A DNA stretch of 63,431 bases, taken from positions 1-63,431 of the forward strand of contig CASDRL010000025.1 of assembly GCA_949283145.1 (NCBI GenBank). The letters are read 5' to 3'. How positions within the stretch are numbered: the first letter of the stretch is position 1; each line of letters starts with the position of its first letter. Made by a program: the position numbers and the translations under genes. This DNA comes from an uncultured Clostridia bacterium (GTDB taxonomy: Bacteria > Bacillota > Clostridia > Christensenellales > CAG-917). This document shows, one piece after another, positions 16,253 through 25,642 of this stretch. The notes beneath the pieces were generated by a model that saw only the letters and a list, made by a program, of their open reading frames with translations, did not search any database and had not been told where the DNA came from.

Positions 16253-17152
16253 TTACGCCTTCTTTTTCTTCATGCTTATGCAGGCGAAGATGAGGGCGAA
16301 GAGGGTGTGCAGCACGCCGATGGCTGCGGGGGCGAGGAGCAGGAATTTCATATCGCCGATGACGGTCTCCATGAAGTATTGCGCCAGGTCGAGCTCCAGC
16401 TCCCCTGCATAGGAGAAGAGGAAGGGCTGGAAGAGGATGCACGCGGACACCGCGAGCAGCCCGAGCGCCAGGATGAGATGGAGCAGGCGGGGATACTTCT
16501 TTGCGATGAAGCCCACGAGCGCGAGCGCTGCGGTGAGGAGCGTCCCGAGGAAGAAGATGATGGGGAGCACAGTCACGAGCCCGTCCGCGACATTCTCTTC
16601 GAAGATGGCTTTGATGTGTTCCGCGGTCATATCATCGCCCGCGATGTCCTCGAGCATGCCGACGCCGTCAAAAGCGGAGAGCGCGGAGAGGAAATCGCCC
16701 GCAGTGAGCTCCTCGGAAGAGCCCGTTTCGCCCATGATGTCGCCCATGATGTCTTCCATCGTGGCGCCGCCCTGGTCGGCAAAGAAGTGACCGAGCAGGG
16801 AACACACGAGCAGGAGTGCCGCGAAGATGAAGATCATCACGTTCCTGGGTCTGCCGGACTTCTTTTCTGAGGCAGCGGCTGCGCGCGCCTCTTTCCTTGC
16901 CGTCTTTTCGTCGGCGGGAACGGTGTTGATCGCGCCGGTGTAGACGGGGTTGGGTGTCGCCGCAGCGGGATTTTGGGGAGTGAAGGTGGGTTGCACAGCC
17001 GCAAGCGCGTCACGGTTGGGCAATTTCACCGCGATGGCGACGCCGCAGTTGGGGCACTTGATCTTGTGCTTGTAACCGTCGGGCAGATTCGCCGCATTGG
17101 CAGGAGCAGGGAAACAGATCTCGGCTCTGCAGCTCGGACATTTGGTGTACAT
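16253..17152 (-). CDS. Zinc-ribbon membrane protein (unknown function)
   Basis: N-terminal CPSC...CPNC ribbon, Pro/Ala-rich linker and four C-terminal TM helices. AAGGAG RBS before ATG 17152. Confidence 0.75.
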   Translation of the reverse strand: MYTKCPSCRAEICFPAPANAANLPDGYKHKIKCPNCGVAIAVKLPNRDALAAVQPTFTPQNPAAATPNPVYTGAINTVPADEKTARKEARAAAASEKKSGRPRNVMIFIFAALLLVCSLLGHFFADQGGATMEDIMGDIMGETGSSEELTAGDFLSALSAFDGVGMLEDIAGDDMTAEHIKAIFEENVADGLVTVLPIIFFLGTLLTAALALVGFIAKKYPRLLHLILALGLLAVSACILFQPFLFSYAGELELDLAQYFMETVIGDMKFLLLAPAAIGVLHTLFALIFACISMKKKKA

Positions 17153-17249
17153 AACGGTCTCCTTCTTTAGGATATTATACAAGGACATTATAAATGGATA
17201 TGCCTGTAAAGTCAATGGCAATCGAAATTTATTTTTTTATGCTCCCGGC

Positions 17250-17278
17250 TTGCGCGGATCGCCTGCGGATGTTATAAT
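17250..17278 (+). promoter_or_regulatory. Promoter of the B12-riboswitch unit
   Basis: TTGCGC-N17-TATAAT. Confidence 0.5.
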
Positions 17279-17282
17279 CTCA

Positions 17283-17445
17283 TTGCCTCGGGTGCGGCGA
17301 AAGCCGATGATCGGGAAGTCGGGTGAGAATCCCGCACAGCCCCCGCTACTGTAAGGTTGAAACGGATCCCGCCATTCCTGCCCCGGCAGGGAGAAGGCGC
17401 CGCGGCATATGCCGACCGAAGTCAGGAGACCGGCCCGAGAGTGAA
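17283..17445 (+). promoter_or_regulatory. Cobalamin riboswitch
   Basis: GGGAAGTCGGGTGAGAATCCCGCACAGCCCCCGCTACTGTAA (B12 box) plus the downstream AGTCAGGAGACCGGC. CCTTCC upstream of the GGGAGG RBS can sequester it. Confidence 0.85.
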
Positions 17446-17521
17446 TAAAGCAGTTGTTTCGGCGGGAGACGACGGCGTTTTTTTGCGCTTGCCTTCCGCG
17501 GAAAGAACGGGAGGTTTTTTC

Positions 17522-17980
17522 ATGAAACACACATTTGCGACAAGGCTTTGTCTCGCGGTCGCGGCGCTCCTGCTCGTCGGCGTATTTGCCCTCGCGCTTG
17601 CTGCCTGCAACGAAAAGGGCGGCAACACCGAAGAAGTGACGGTCAGTCTCATCATCGGCGACGCCGACGCGGTGAGCGTGACGACGGACGCCCCCTTTCT
17701 TTACGACCTTTTGAAAGAGTATTGCGAAGAGAACGGGCTCGCCCTCGAGGGCAGCATGAGCGCGACGGGATTCTATGCTACGCGCATAGGCGACCTCGCG
17801 GAAGACGCGGCGGCAGGGGAGTATATCATGTTCTATCACGACATCGACGACATCACCCTCTACATTCCTGACTACAACATAGAAAGGGATGGCAAGACCT
17901 TCTTCTCCTCCTCTGCCGGGGTGTCCTCCCTTCCTCTCCGCGATGGGGCGACCTATCTCGTTACGCTGATGTCATTCTGA
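17522..17980 (+). CDS. DUF4430 (transcobalamin-like) lipoprotein, probable B12-binding
   Basis: Lipobox LALAAC. Sits under B12 riboswitch control. The fold family is assigned from memory of DUF4430 proteins in B12 uptake loci. Confidence 0.6.
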   Translation: MKHTFATRLCLAVAALLLVGVFALALAACNEKGGNTEEVTVSLIIGDADAVSVTTDAPFLYDLLKEYCEENGLALEGSMSATGFYATRIGDLAEDAAAGEYIMFYHDIDDITLYIPDYNIERDGKTFFSSSAGVSSLPLRDGATYLVTLMSF

Positions 17981-18006
17981 CAATTTCGGCAGTTTATCGC
18001 ACATAA

Positions 18007-18645
18007 ATGATGTCTGAACCCCGTTTTGATGAAAGGACTGCGGTGACGGAGGAGGTGCCGGGGATGCTCCCCGAGGTCCCCCCGCCGCCGCGGGAAAAGA
18101 GGCGGATGCGCCTTGCCGCCGAGTATGTGGTGAAGGTCGCCGTGATGGCGGCGCTCCTCACCGCGCTCAAATTCGCGCTCTCTTTCATCCCGAACGTCGA
18201 GGTGGTGACTCTGCTCATCATGGTGTATGCCGCCGTGTTCGGCGCCGCGTACGTCCTGCCCGCCGTCCTCGTCTTCTGCGCGGTGGAAGTCGCCATTTAC
18301 GGCGCGGGGAGCTGGGTCATCCTCTATTTCGTCTATTGGCCAATGCTTGCGGCGGTCTCCTGTCTCGTGCTGTCAAGGAAGCGGAGCGCGGTCGTCGCCG
18401 CGGTCACGGCGGCGGTCATGTCCACGTTCTTCGGCGTGCTCTCCGCGTCCTGCGACACTCTCTATGTCGCCGTCGGGTTCCCGGGGCTCGACCTCGGAGC
18501 CTATTGGGTGGCGTACTATGTGAGGGGACTCACCTTCGACCTCATCCACATAGCGTCCAATCTCGCGGTGGTCGGGGTGCTTTTCAAGCCGCTCGCCGCG
18601 GCGGGGGAGAGGATCAAACACACTTCGCGCACCGCGCGCGGGTGA
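18007..18645 (+). CDS. ECF-transporter S-component-like membrane protein (possible cobalamin-specific, CbrT-like)
   Basis: About 6 TM helices and a small size. Immediately downstream of the riboswitch-controlled lipoprotein. Confidence 0.5.
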   Translation: MMSEPRFDERTAVTEEVPGMLPEVPPPPREKRRMRLAAEYVVKVAVMAALLTALKFALSFIPNVEVVTLLIMVYAAVFGAAYVLPAVLVFCAVEVAIYGAGSWVILYFVYWPMLAAVSCLVLSRKRSAVVAAVTAAVMSTFFGVLSASCDTLYVAVGFPGLDLGAYWVAYYVRGLTFDLIHIASNLAVVGVLFKPLAAAGERIKHTSRTARG

Positions 18646-18773
18646 CGCCGCGATTTCGACATCCGCGGGCGAAAAGTGTCGCTTTCTTGCAAGTTTTGGG
18701 CGTTTAGGACTGCTTTTGTCGGGGCGCTCCGAAGGGGCTCCGCGCGGTGCTATATTTATGCGCGGAGGCAGTT

Positions 18774-19094
18774 ATGGCAAATGTCAGACATCCCGATTGT
18801 ATCATCAGAGATCTCGCCAAAGAAGCGAAAAACAGACTGCGCGCGGGCGCCTATGACAGAGAACTCGCGCGTTCCGTGCCGCAAGGGGTCAGTCTATCTC
18901 AGCGCAGGATGTACATAAGGCTGAAAGAGCTGCTCGACAGAGGTGAAGAGGTGGTCAATCCCGTCCGTCAGCTTGCGGACGCGGAAGAGCTCGCGCGGCT
19001 CTCTTACGACGAGAGACAGCGCTATGTCCTGCGGCTCGCCGCCGATTACACCGCGATGAAGAGGGAGCTTGATTGTCGTCTTGCGGCGAAGTGA
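18774..19094 (+). CDS. Hypothetical helical protein
   Basis: GGAGG-N5-ATG 18774. No recognisable motifs. Confidence 0.6.
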   Translation: MANVRHPDCIIRDLAKEAKNRLRAGAYDRELARSVPQGVSLSQRRMYIRLKELLDRGEEVVNPVRQLADAEELARLSYDERQRYVLRLAADYTAMKRELDCRLAAK

Positions 19095-19437
19095 TCTTCT
19101 CCTGCCGCGATTTCAGAGCGCGTTTTCTTCGTCCGAAAAGGGCGGGGAATTTTTTTTGCAGCGCGGCAAGCGCGGCGCGGAGCGCTCTTCCTCCCGCTGC
19201 GACGGCGACGAGATATGCCGCGGCGCAATAAATGGTGAGCTGCCCCTGCGCGCCCGTCTCGGCGGAGAGGAGAAAGAGAAGGGCTATGCCCGCCGTTGCG
19301 ATGAAGTCTGCCGCGATGCGTGTGACGGGGCGGACATTCCCTTTATAGAGCAGAGTGAGAGGGGAGGCGGCGGCGCCGAAAGCCGCGGCTACGGCAGCCG
19401 CGGCAAGCTGAGCTTCCCATAAGACGCCCGCCGTCAT
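18955..19437 (-). CDS. yabQ: Spore cortex protein YabQ-like
   Basis: Follows yabP with a 4-nt overlap. Hydrophobic N-terminal 95 residues. The low-complexity basic tail overlaps the convergent ORF, so the true 3' end is uncertain. Confidence 0.6.
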   Translation of the reverse strand: MTAGVLWEAQLAAAAVAAAFGAAASPLTLLYKGNVRPVTRIAADFIATAGIALLFLLSAETGAQGQLTIYCAAAYLVAVAAGGRALRAALAALQKKFPALFGRRKRALKSRQEKITSPQDDNQAPSSSRCNRRRAAGHSAVSRRKRAARALPRPQADGRD

Positions 19438-19718
19438 TTGAAGATGCGTTTCAAAAACGACGACGGATCGGGCGCGGTCGAGTAGCGCATGGATGTGACG
19501 TAGCCCGCCGCGGAAAAACGTCCGGAGTCGAGATCCAGCCCCCTCACCGTCAGGTCGTGCCCGGTCACGGAGAGAGTCTCGCCGTCAAGCTCGATGACGA
19601 TGAGTTTGTCCGTAAACGTCGGGACGGCTTTGACGCCCGTGACGGTGAGCAGGCGGTGTTCGGCAAGCTGCAGCGAATGGGGTTTTGATGCGGATCCGGT
19701 CACTTTTTCCTCGGGCAT
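19434..19718 (-). CDS. yabP: Sporulation protein YabP
   Basis: HRLLTVTGVKAVPTFTDKLIVIELDGETLSVTGHDLTVRGLDLDSGRFSAAGYVTSMRY matches the YabP family pattern. Confidence 0.85.
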   Translation of the reverse strand: MPEEKVTGSASKPHSLQLAEHRLLTVTGVKAVPTFTDKLIVIELDGETLSVTGHDLTVRGLDLDSGRFSAAGYVTSMRYSTAPDPSSFLKRIFK

Positions 19719-19870
19719 GGTCTCTCCTTATTGCGGCTGTCGGCTAAATGTTATGCAGCGCCGCCCCGAGATATGCGTCCGAGACCTGCTTTTGTTTGGA
19801 TTGACAAGAGACATCAAAAATAATACAATGGTTTGACAATACTTTCCGCGCGCGGATGCACGCACAGGGA

Positions 19871-21139
19871 ATGCAGGTGAAAAAGAACAATAATGCGCCG
19901 AGGACCTACCGTCTCGACGTCTCCGCACAGTTTTATCCCATCATCTCCACCAAGCGTGCGCAGAGCCTTTTCAGACTTTCCGCGGTGATGGAAAAAGAGG
20001 TGGACGCCGAGACCCTGCGCCGCGCCGCCGAGGATGTCCTTCTGCGCTTCCCAACCTTCAAGGTGCGCCTGCGCCGCGGCTATGCGTGGTACTATTTTGA
20101 GGAAAACGACGCCCCCGTGAAGGTGTTCCCGTCCACGGGCAGGCTGCTTGCCCCCATAGACCCCAAGGAGACGGACGGTTATCTCTTCCGGATAAGCAAG
20201 GCGGGGCGGGTCATCGAGTTCGACGTCTTCCACGCCGTGTGCGACGGCATGGCGGCGCTGGAGTTCCTGAAAGCGCTCGTGTGGAGATATGCGGTGCTCT
20301 CGGGCGCGCCCGTAGAGGGGCACGACGGCGTCATCGACATCACCGAGCCCCCGAAGGAAGAGGAGGCGGAGGACGCCTTCTACCGCTACTACCGTCCCAT
20401 CCGTTTCGGCGACATCGATCTGAAAGGACTGATGGGGGATATGCCTCTGCTTCTCCCCGGCACCATCGCCGAGGAAGGATATGCGGGCAGCTACCGCGCG
20501 GCGGACGCGGCGCTCGTTGCGGAAAGAGCAAAGGAAGAGGGCGCGTCATTCACCTCTCTTCTATGCGGCGCGCTGGCTTATTCCATCGAGAAGCTGTCGG
20601 GCGGCAGGCGCTCGGTGGTCATCATGGTGCCCGTCAACCTCAGAGGGATGTTCCCCTCCGAGACATTGCGCAACTTCGTCAACTTCGTGAGGCTGGAGTT
20701 CAAGCCCCGTGAGTGCCGCGAGGTCGCGGACTATGTCCGTTCCGCGGCGAAACAGCTCAAAGAGAAGGCGACCAAAGAGGAAATGGAGAAGTTCTTTGCC
20801 ACCACCGTGCGCACGGAAAAGTCTCTCATCCTCCGCATCGCGCCGCTTTGGCTCAAGATCCTCGGCGCGAGGATAGGGCGCTTCTTTTTGAAATCCCGCC
20901 AAACGCTCATTTTCAGCAATGTGGGCAGAGTGCGGATGCCGGAAGGCTGCGGGCTGGAGCGCGTGCTCTTCAATCTCAACGTCTCAAAGCGCGCCAAAGT
21001 CAACGTCGGCGTCGTGACGACGGGAGGGGAGACCACGATCGCGTTCACCCGCTCCATCTGCGAGACGGAGCTGGAGCACGAGTTCTGCAAGACTCTGTCG
21101 GCTCTCGGTGTCCCGATGCGCCAGGTGAGCTTAGACTGA
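19871..21139 (+). CDS. Condensation/acyltransferase-superfamily protein (HxxxDG)
   Basis: FHAVCDGMAA catalytic-type motif. About 420 aa, stand-alone. Start is 19871 or 19856. Confidence 0.6.
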   Translation: MQVKKNNNAPRTYRLDVSAQFYPIISTKRAQSLFRLSAVMEKEVDAETLRRAAEDVLLRFPTFKVRLRRGYAWYYFEENDAPVKVFPSTGRLLAPIDPKETDGYLFRISKAGRVIEFDVFHAVCDGMAALEFLKALVWRYAVLSGAPVEGHDGVIDITEPPKEEEAEDAFYRYYRPIRFGDIDLKGLMGDMPLLLPGTIAEEGYAGSYRAADAALVAERAKEEGASFTSLLCGALAYSIEKLSGGRRSVVIMVPVNLRGMFPSETLRNFVNFVRLEFKPRECREVADYVRSAAKQLKEKATKEEMEKFFATTVRTEKSLILRIAPLWLKILGARIGRFFLKSRQTLIFSNVGRVRMPEGCGLERVLFNLNVSKRAKVNVGVVTTGGETTIAFTRSICETELEHEFCKTLSALGVPMRQVSLD

Positions 21140-21187
21140 CCGAACAGGCACTTAAACAGACAAAAACAACGGATAAACGTGACAAAT

Positions 21188-22969
21188 ATGAAAAAACTCA
21201 ATTCCGATCAACTTCGCAAAGCCTATCTCGACTTCTTCCGTGAGAGGGGGCACGCGGTCATCCCAACCGCTTCTCTCGTCCCGGAGAACGATCCCACCGT
21301 GCTCTTCACCACGGCGGGGATGCATCCCCTTGTCCCGTACCTTCTCGGCGAGAAACACCCCGCGGGCAAGCGGCTCACGGACGTGCAGATCTGCGTGAGG
21401 ACGGGGGACATCGACGAGGTGGGCGACGCGTCTCACTGCACCTTCTTCGAGATGCTGGGCAACTGGTCTCTCGGCGACTATTTCAAGCGCGAGTCCATCT
21501 CCTGGAGCTTCGAGTTTCTGACCGAGGTGCTGGGCATCCCCAAGGAGAGGCTTGCGGTCAGCGTGTTCGGCGGGGACGAGGACTGCCCCCGCGACGACGA
21601 GAGCGCGGAGATCTGGAAGAGTCTGGGGCTGCCCGCGGAGAACGTCTTTTTCCTGCCCAAGAAGAACAACTGGTGGGGACCTGCCGGTCAGACGGGGCCT
21701 TGCGGACCGGACACCGAGATATTCCTGGACACGGGCAAGCCGAAGTGCGGGGAGGATTGCACTCCCGCGTGCGACTGCGGCAAGTATCTCGAGATCTGGA
21801 ACAACGTCTTCATGCAGTATTACAAGGATGCGGAGGGCAGGCTCTCGCCCATGGAACACCGCAACGTGGACACGGGCATGGGGCTTGAGCGCACCCTCGT
21901 CACCCTGAACGGTTACGCTTCCGTCTATGAGACGGACGTCTTCGATTTTGCGATAAAGAGGCTGGAGGAACTCTCCGGCAAAAAGCACGGCGAAGAGGAG
22001 GAGAGCACCGTCGCGATGCGCATCATCGCCGATCACACGAGGACGGCGATCTTCCTCATCGGCGACGTCAAACCCGTCTCCCCCTCCAATGTGGATCAGG
22101 GCTACGTGCTGCGCCGTCTCATCCGCCGCGCCATGCGCTACTGCCGCGTGTTGGGCGTGGAGTTCGAAGCCATCGGCGAGCTCGCGATGATGTTCGTGGA
22201 CAAGTACGGCGCGGTCTATCCCAACCTCGAAGAGGGCAGAGCCCGCATCGCCGAGGAGCTCGAGACCGAGAAGAACAAGTTCGCAAAGACCATAGAGCAG
22301 GGGCTCAAAGAGTTTGACAAGATCCTCACCCACATTCCCGTGGGCACCTTCCCGGGCAAGACGGCGTTCCGTCTCTACGACACTTTCGGCTTCCCCATCG
22401 AAATGACGGAGGAGCTGGCGAAGGAGCGCGGCTACGTCCTCGACCGCGCGGGTTACGAAAAGGCGTTCAAGGAGCATCAGGAGAAGTCCAAGGCGGGCGC
22501 GGAGCAGAAATTCAAGGGCGGTCTCGCCGACGGCGGCGAGCAGACCGCAAGGCTGCACAGCGCGACGCATCTTCTCAATTATGCCCTGAAAAAGGTGCTG
22601 GGCGACGAGAGCATCTCTCAGCGCGGCAGCAACATCACTCCCGAGAGACTGCGCTTTGACTTCAACTTCCCCCGTCCGCTCACTCCGGAGGAGATCAAGG
22701 CAGTCGAGGACGTCGTCAACGGCGAGATCGCGTCCGCGTCCCCCGTCGTGTGCGAGGAGATGACGGTAGATGAGGCAAAGGCGCAGGGCGCCGTGGGCGT
22801 CTTCGGCGACCGCTACGGCGATGTCGTCAAGGTGTACACCATCGGGCACAGCAAGGAGATCTGCGGCGGTCCGCATGCGGCGAACACCGCCGAACTCGGC
22901 AAGTTCCGCATCGTGAAGGAGCAGAGCTCCTCCGCGGGCGTGAGAAGGATAAAGGCGGTGCTGGAATGA
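21188..22969 (+). CDS. alaS: Alanyl-tRNA synthetase, short form lacking the C-Ala domain
   Basis: [44 protein letters not shown], editing-domain HSATHLL and CGGPH. Ends at ...[10 protein letters not shown], 593 aa. Confidence 0.9.
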   Translation: MKKLNSDQLRKAYLDFFRERGHAVIPTASLVPENDPTVLFTTAGMHPLVPYLLGEKHPAGKRLTDVQICVRTGDIDEVGDASHCTFFEMLGNWSLGDYFKRESISWSFEFLTEVLGIPKERLAVSVFGGDEDCPRDDESAEIWKSLGLPAENVFFLPKKNNWWGPAGQTGPCGPDTEIFLDTGKPKCGEDCTPACDCGKYLEIWNNVFMQYYKDAEGRLSPMEHRNVDTGMGLERTLVTLNGYASVYETDVFDFAIKRLEELSGKKHGEEEESTVAMRIIADHTRTAIFLIGDVKPVSPSNVDQGYVLRRLIRRAMRYCRVLGVEFEAIGELAMMFVDKYGAVYPNLEEGRARIAEELETEKNKFAKTIEQGLKEFDKILTHIPVGTFPGKTAFRLYDTFGFPIEMTEELAKERGYVLDRAGYEKAFKEHQEKSKAGAEQKFKGGLADGGEQTARLHSATHLLNYALKKVLGDESISQRGSNITPERLRFDFNFPRPLTPEEIKAVEDVVNGEIASASPVVCEEMTVDEAKAQGAVGVFGDRYGDVVKVYTIGHSKEICGGPHAANTAELGKFRIVKEQSSSAGVRRIKAVLE

Positions 22970-23778
22970 TCCTCGTCGACTCGCACGTCCACACCCGGTT
23001 TTCCTCGGACGGCAAGGATCCCGTCCGCGACATCGTCGCCGAGGCGAAGGCGAAGGGGCTTTACTATCTCGCCACCACCGATCACCTCGACTACGACCTG
23101 AAGTTCGGGCACAATCGTTCCCCCATCCCGTGGAAGCACATCGACCTCGATGCCTACAAGGCGGAGTGGGAGGAGAGCGCGGCAGCCCTCGAAAGGGAAG
23201 GTTCGCCCCTCAAGTTCCGCTTCGGCATAGAGGCGGGGTTCTCCCCCGAGCCTCAGGTGATAGAGCGATATCAGGAGCTGTTCGAGCGTATGCGCTTCGA
23301 CGTCGTCGTCAACTCCGTGCACTTCGTCAACGGCTGGGACGTCTATTTCCCCAACGCCTTCTTCTTCAAGTCCAGACGGCGGATGTACGGCGACTATCTC
23401 GACCTCGTTTTGAAAAGCCTCGATGCCCCATACGAGTATGACATCGTCGCCCATATCGGCTACGTCACCCGCAACGCGCCGTATAAAAAGAAGGTGCTGG
23501 AATATGCCGACTTCCCGGAGAAGTTCGACGCCATCCTGCACGGCATCATCGAACGCGGCAAAGCCCTCGAAGTCAACACCCACACCTCTCTCTTCCCCAC
23601 CGAGGAGATCCTCCGCAAATATTACGACTACGGCGGCAGAAAGCTCTCCTTCGGCTCGGACTCCCACCACGCGGAGCTTTGTAAGGACTACGAAAAGACC
23701 TGCGCTATGTTGAGGGGGATAGGGTTCACTCATTTCTCGGTGTTTAACGCACATCGAGAAGAACTCATCCCGATCTAA
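22966..23778 (+). CDS. PHP-domain phosphoesterase (HisJ-family histidinol-phosphatase-like)
   Basis: [24 protein letters not shown] and SVHF motifs. Start overlaps the alaS stop. Confidence 0.75.
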   Translation: MILVDSHVHTRFSSDGKDPVRDIVAEAKAKGLYYLATTDHLDYDLKFGHNRSPIPWKHIDLDAYKAEWEESAAALEREGSPLKFRFGIEAGFSPEPQVIERYQELFERMRFDVVVNSVHFVNGWDVYFPNAFFFKSRRRMYGDYLDLVLKSLDAPYEYDIVAHIGYVTRNAPYKKKVLEYADFPEKFDAILHGIIERGKALEVNTHTSLFPTEEILRKYYDYGGRKLSFGSDSHHAELCKDYEKTCAMLRGIGFTHFSVFNAHREELIPI

Positions 23779-23781
23779 GTT

Positions 23782-23906
23782 CCGAGGGCGCTATTTGGCG
23801 AATAACTGCGTCAAAGCCCTCCCGCCCTGCGAGTTACGTACGCATCAGTACGCGCCTCTTGTGCGGGAGGGCTTTTCCTTGTTCTTCATCCAAATATCGC
23901 CCTCGG
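23782..23906. repeat. M-family copy M5 (followed by end fragments to about 23985)
   Basis: CCGAGGGCGCTATTTGG...CCAAATATCGCCCTCGG with inner stem AAAGCCCTCCCGC/GCGGGAGGGCTTT and apical CGTAC-GCATCA-GTACG. Confidence 0.7.
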
Positions 23907-24004
23907 GCTTTGAAAGAGGCTGCCAAATGACGCCGTCGGGCTTTGAACAACTGATTTATCCAAATATCTCCCTCGGATTTCAATAGGATGGTTCTCAGAC
24001 AACG

Positions 24005-24036
24005 AAAAAGCGCGGGGTGTTTTGCTCCGCGCTTTT
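24005..24036. terminator. Bidirectional intrinsic terminator
   Basis: AAAAAGCGCGG-loop-CCGCGCTTTTT between convergent genes. Confidence 0.7.
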
Positions 24037-24189
24037 TATGCTTTGTGTTCGTGCTTTTCTGTGTTCTAACGCATTGTTTTGCGTGATTTCGCATGCGTTC
24101 CGTCTGCTGACGGCGATCTTGCGTGACCGTCTGCGTTGTCGGCGGCATACGATGACCCGAGAAATTGCCATTTTCCGCGTTCTGACGGG

Positions 24190-24882
24190 CTATTTCACCA
24201 TTTCGATGAGGCGCAGGGCGCGCTTCAAGGCGAGCTTGCTGTTCACTTTGAACTGGAAGGGGACTTCGGCATACACCTTCTTGTGTCCCGTTGCGGTGTG
24301 GGGCATCTTGCCGTCGTTGAACTCGGGCGCGTCGGGGTCGAGGGGAAGGTTGATCCTGAGCGAGCCGCCGATGATGGTGATCTTCGCCACGATGTCGCTG
24401 TTCCTGCGGTAGGTGTCGCATTGGCGGGAGATGCGGCTCTTGATCTTGGGCGTGCCCTTGGGAGTGGTGGTGAGCGCCTCTTTCAGCACGGCGTAACGCT
24501 CCTTCACGATCTCGTCCGAAAGGGCGTATTTCTCCGCAAAACTCAGGCTCTTCCTTGCCGCCTTTCTCTTCATCACGTCCTCGACGTCCACGGTCTTGCC
24601 GAGCGCGATGAGGGTGTCCGCTCCTGCCGTGTCCTCAGCCGCTTCCTCGGCGGCATCCGCGACGGCGGCGTCCGCCTCGGCGAGAGCGGCGCTTTGTTCG
24701 GCGGCTTTCTCCGCCTCCACCATCCTGATGTAGGCGTTGGCGCAGGGCGCGTCCTCGGATTTGTTGCAATAGGGGCAATAGATATAGCTGCCGCAGAGGT
24801 CGCGGGACGCTTCTTCCGACCCGAGCCACTTTTCGACGTCGAGCTTTTGCTGCAACTCGCGGGTGTATCTCTCTTCTGCCAT
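24190..24882 (-). CDS. Hypothetical protein with an N-terminal Cys cluster and an acidic Ala-rich linker
   Basis: CGSYIYCPYC...PC motif. ACAGGAG RBS before ATG 24882. No family recognised. Confidence 0.6.
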   Translation of the reverse strand: MAEERYTRELQQKLDVEKWLGSEEASRDLCGSYIYCPYCNKSEDAPCANAYIRMVEAEKAAEQSAALAEADAAVADAAEEAAEDTAGADTLIALGKTVDVEDVMKRKAARKSLSFAEKYALSDEIVKERYAVLKEALTTTPKGTPKIKSRISRQCDTYRRNSDIVAKITIIGGSLRINLPLDPDAPEFNDGKMPHTATGHKKVYAEVPFQFKVNSKLALKRALRLIEMVK

Positions 24883-25120
24883 GACCAAAAACTCCTGTTT
24901 TCCGCATTCTGTCCGCGCGGATCCTAAAGAGGATAGCGCAAACGGGAGAGCGATGTCAAACAAAACGCATAGGCATATCCATTCATTTTTGATAATATTC
25001 CCGCCGCGAAGCGGCGCACGGTGATGAACACGCGCGGATCGCGACGCGGGCAAGGGACACGACTGCGGGTCAGTGATCGACCGGCTTTGCGGGGAGTATG
25101 CTTTTCTTTGTCGCCGGGAA

Positions 25121-25148
25121 TCAAAAACACTCGCGTCTGCGAGTGTTT
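25121..25148 (-). terminator. Intrinsic terminator (minus strand)
   Basis: AAACACTCGC-loop-GCGAGTGTTT, followed by TTTTTGA on the minus strand. Confidence 0.6.
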
Positions 25149-25390
25149 CTGTCCTCTGCCGGAGTATTATAAGGGCTTAAGAAATCAGCATAGAATGGGG
25201 AAGTTCGCTTTTGGGCTTGCACTGTGGGCAGAGGAGGTGCAAGTTATGTGGGGAAGAGATCGCTCTCTTTGTCTATAATGTAAAACGGCATTATTAAATA
25301 AAAATAAAATAAAAATTTTTCTCGGGAAAAATTTTATAAATTTGAAATTTAGCCCCAAAAATCCTACTAAACAGTAGACATCGAAACTTT

Positions 25391-25425
25391 CATTAACATT
25401 AAACGCCTTACATTAACATTAAACG
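25391..25425. repeat. Tandem direct repeat CATTAACATTAAACG x2 (20-bp period) in an AT-rich island
   Basis: Exact 15-mers at 25391-25405 and 25411-25425, within 25271-25430 (AT-rich in a GC-rich genome). Confidence 0.8.
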
Positions 25426-25580
25426 ACCGTGAAAAAACGGGCATTTTAACGCCCTTTGACGGCTCGCGCGACAGGTGTTTCGTGAACATACTTTTTGTTT
25501 CTCGATGTCGTTTGTTTCTGCCGGGAAACGGATGAGGCGGTCCGGGGTCAAAGACGGGGAAAGGCGGGTGCGCCGTAAAG

Positions 25581-25609
25581 TAAAAACGGAAGGGCATTCT
25601 CCCTTCCGT
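25581..25609 (-). terminator. Terminator of the two-component operon
   Basis: ACGGAAGGG-loop-CCCTTCCGT + TTTTTA on the minus strand, about 35 nt after the kinase stop. Confidence 0.7.
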
Positions 25610-25642
25610 ATGCGGTGAAGATGTCAGGGGATGAGGGGAGGT

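Noticed and set aside
21140-21187. T-box leaders upstream of alaS and proS
   Set aside because: The upstream spacers are under 50 nt and lack a specifier hairpin or a T-box sequence (AANNNGGGTGGTACCGCG-like).
21152-22876. 574-aa minus-strand ORF. Similar long antisense ORFs at 2028-3488, 42872-44590, 35669-36703 and 39055-40602.
   Set aside because: Each lies opposite a confidently identified gene (alaS, proS, PP2C/hydS, aroC, tyrA/aroF). None has recognisable domains or an RBS.
25021-25597. ORFs 25021..25278 (+) and 25367..25597 (-) in the AT-rich spacer
   Set aside because: Neither has an RBS and both have odd composition. They span terminators and the tandem 15-mers. A 10-codon ORF with a GGAGG RBS (MWGRDRSLCL, plus strand near 25247) was noted, but it is too short to support.
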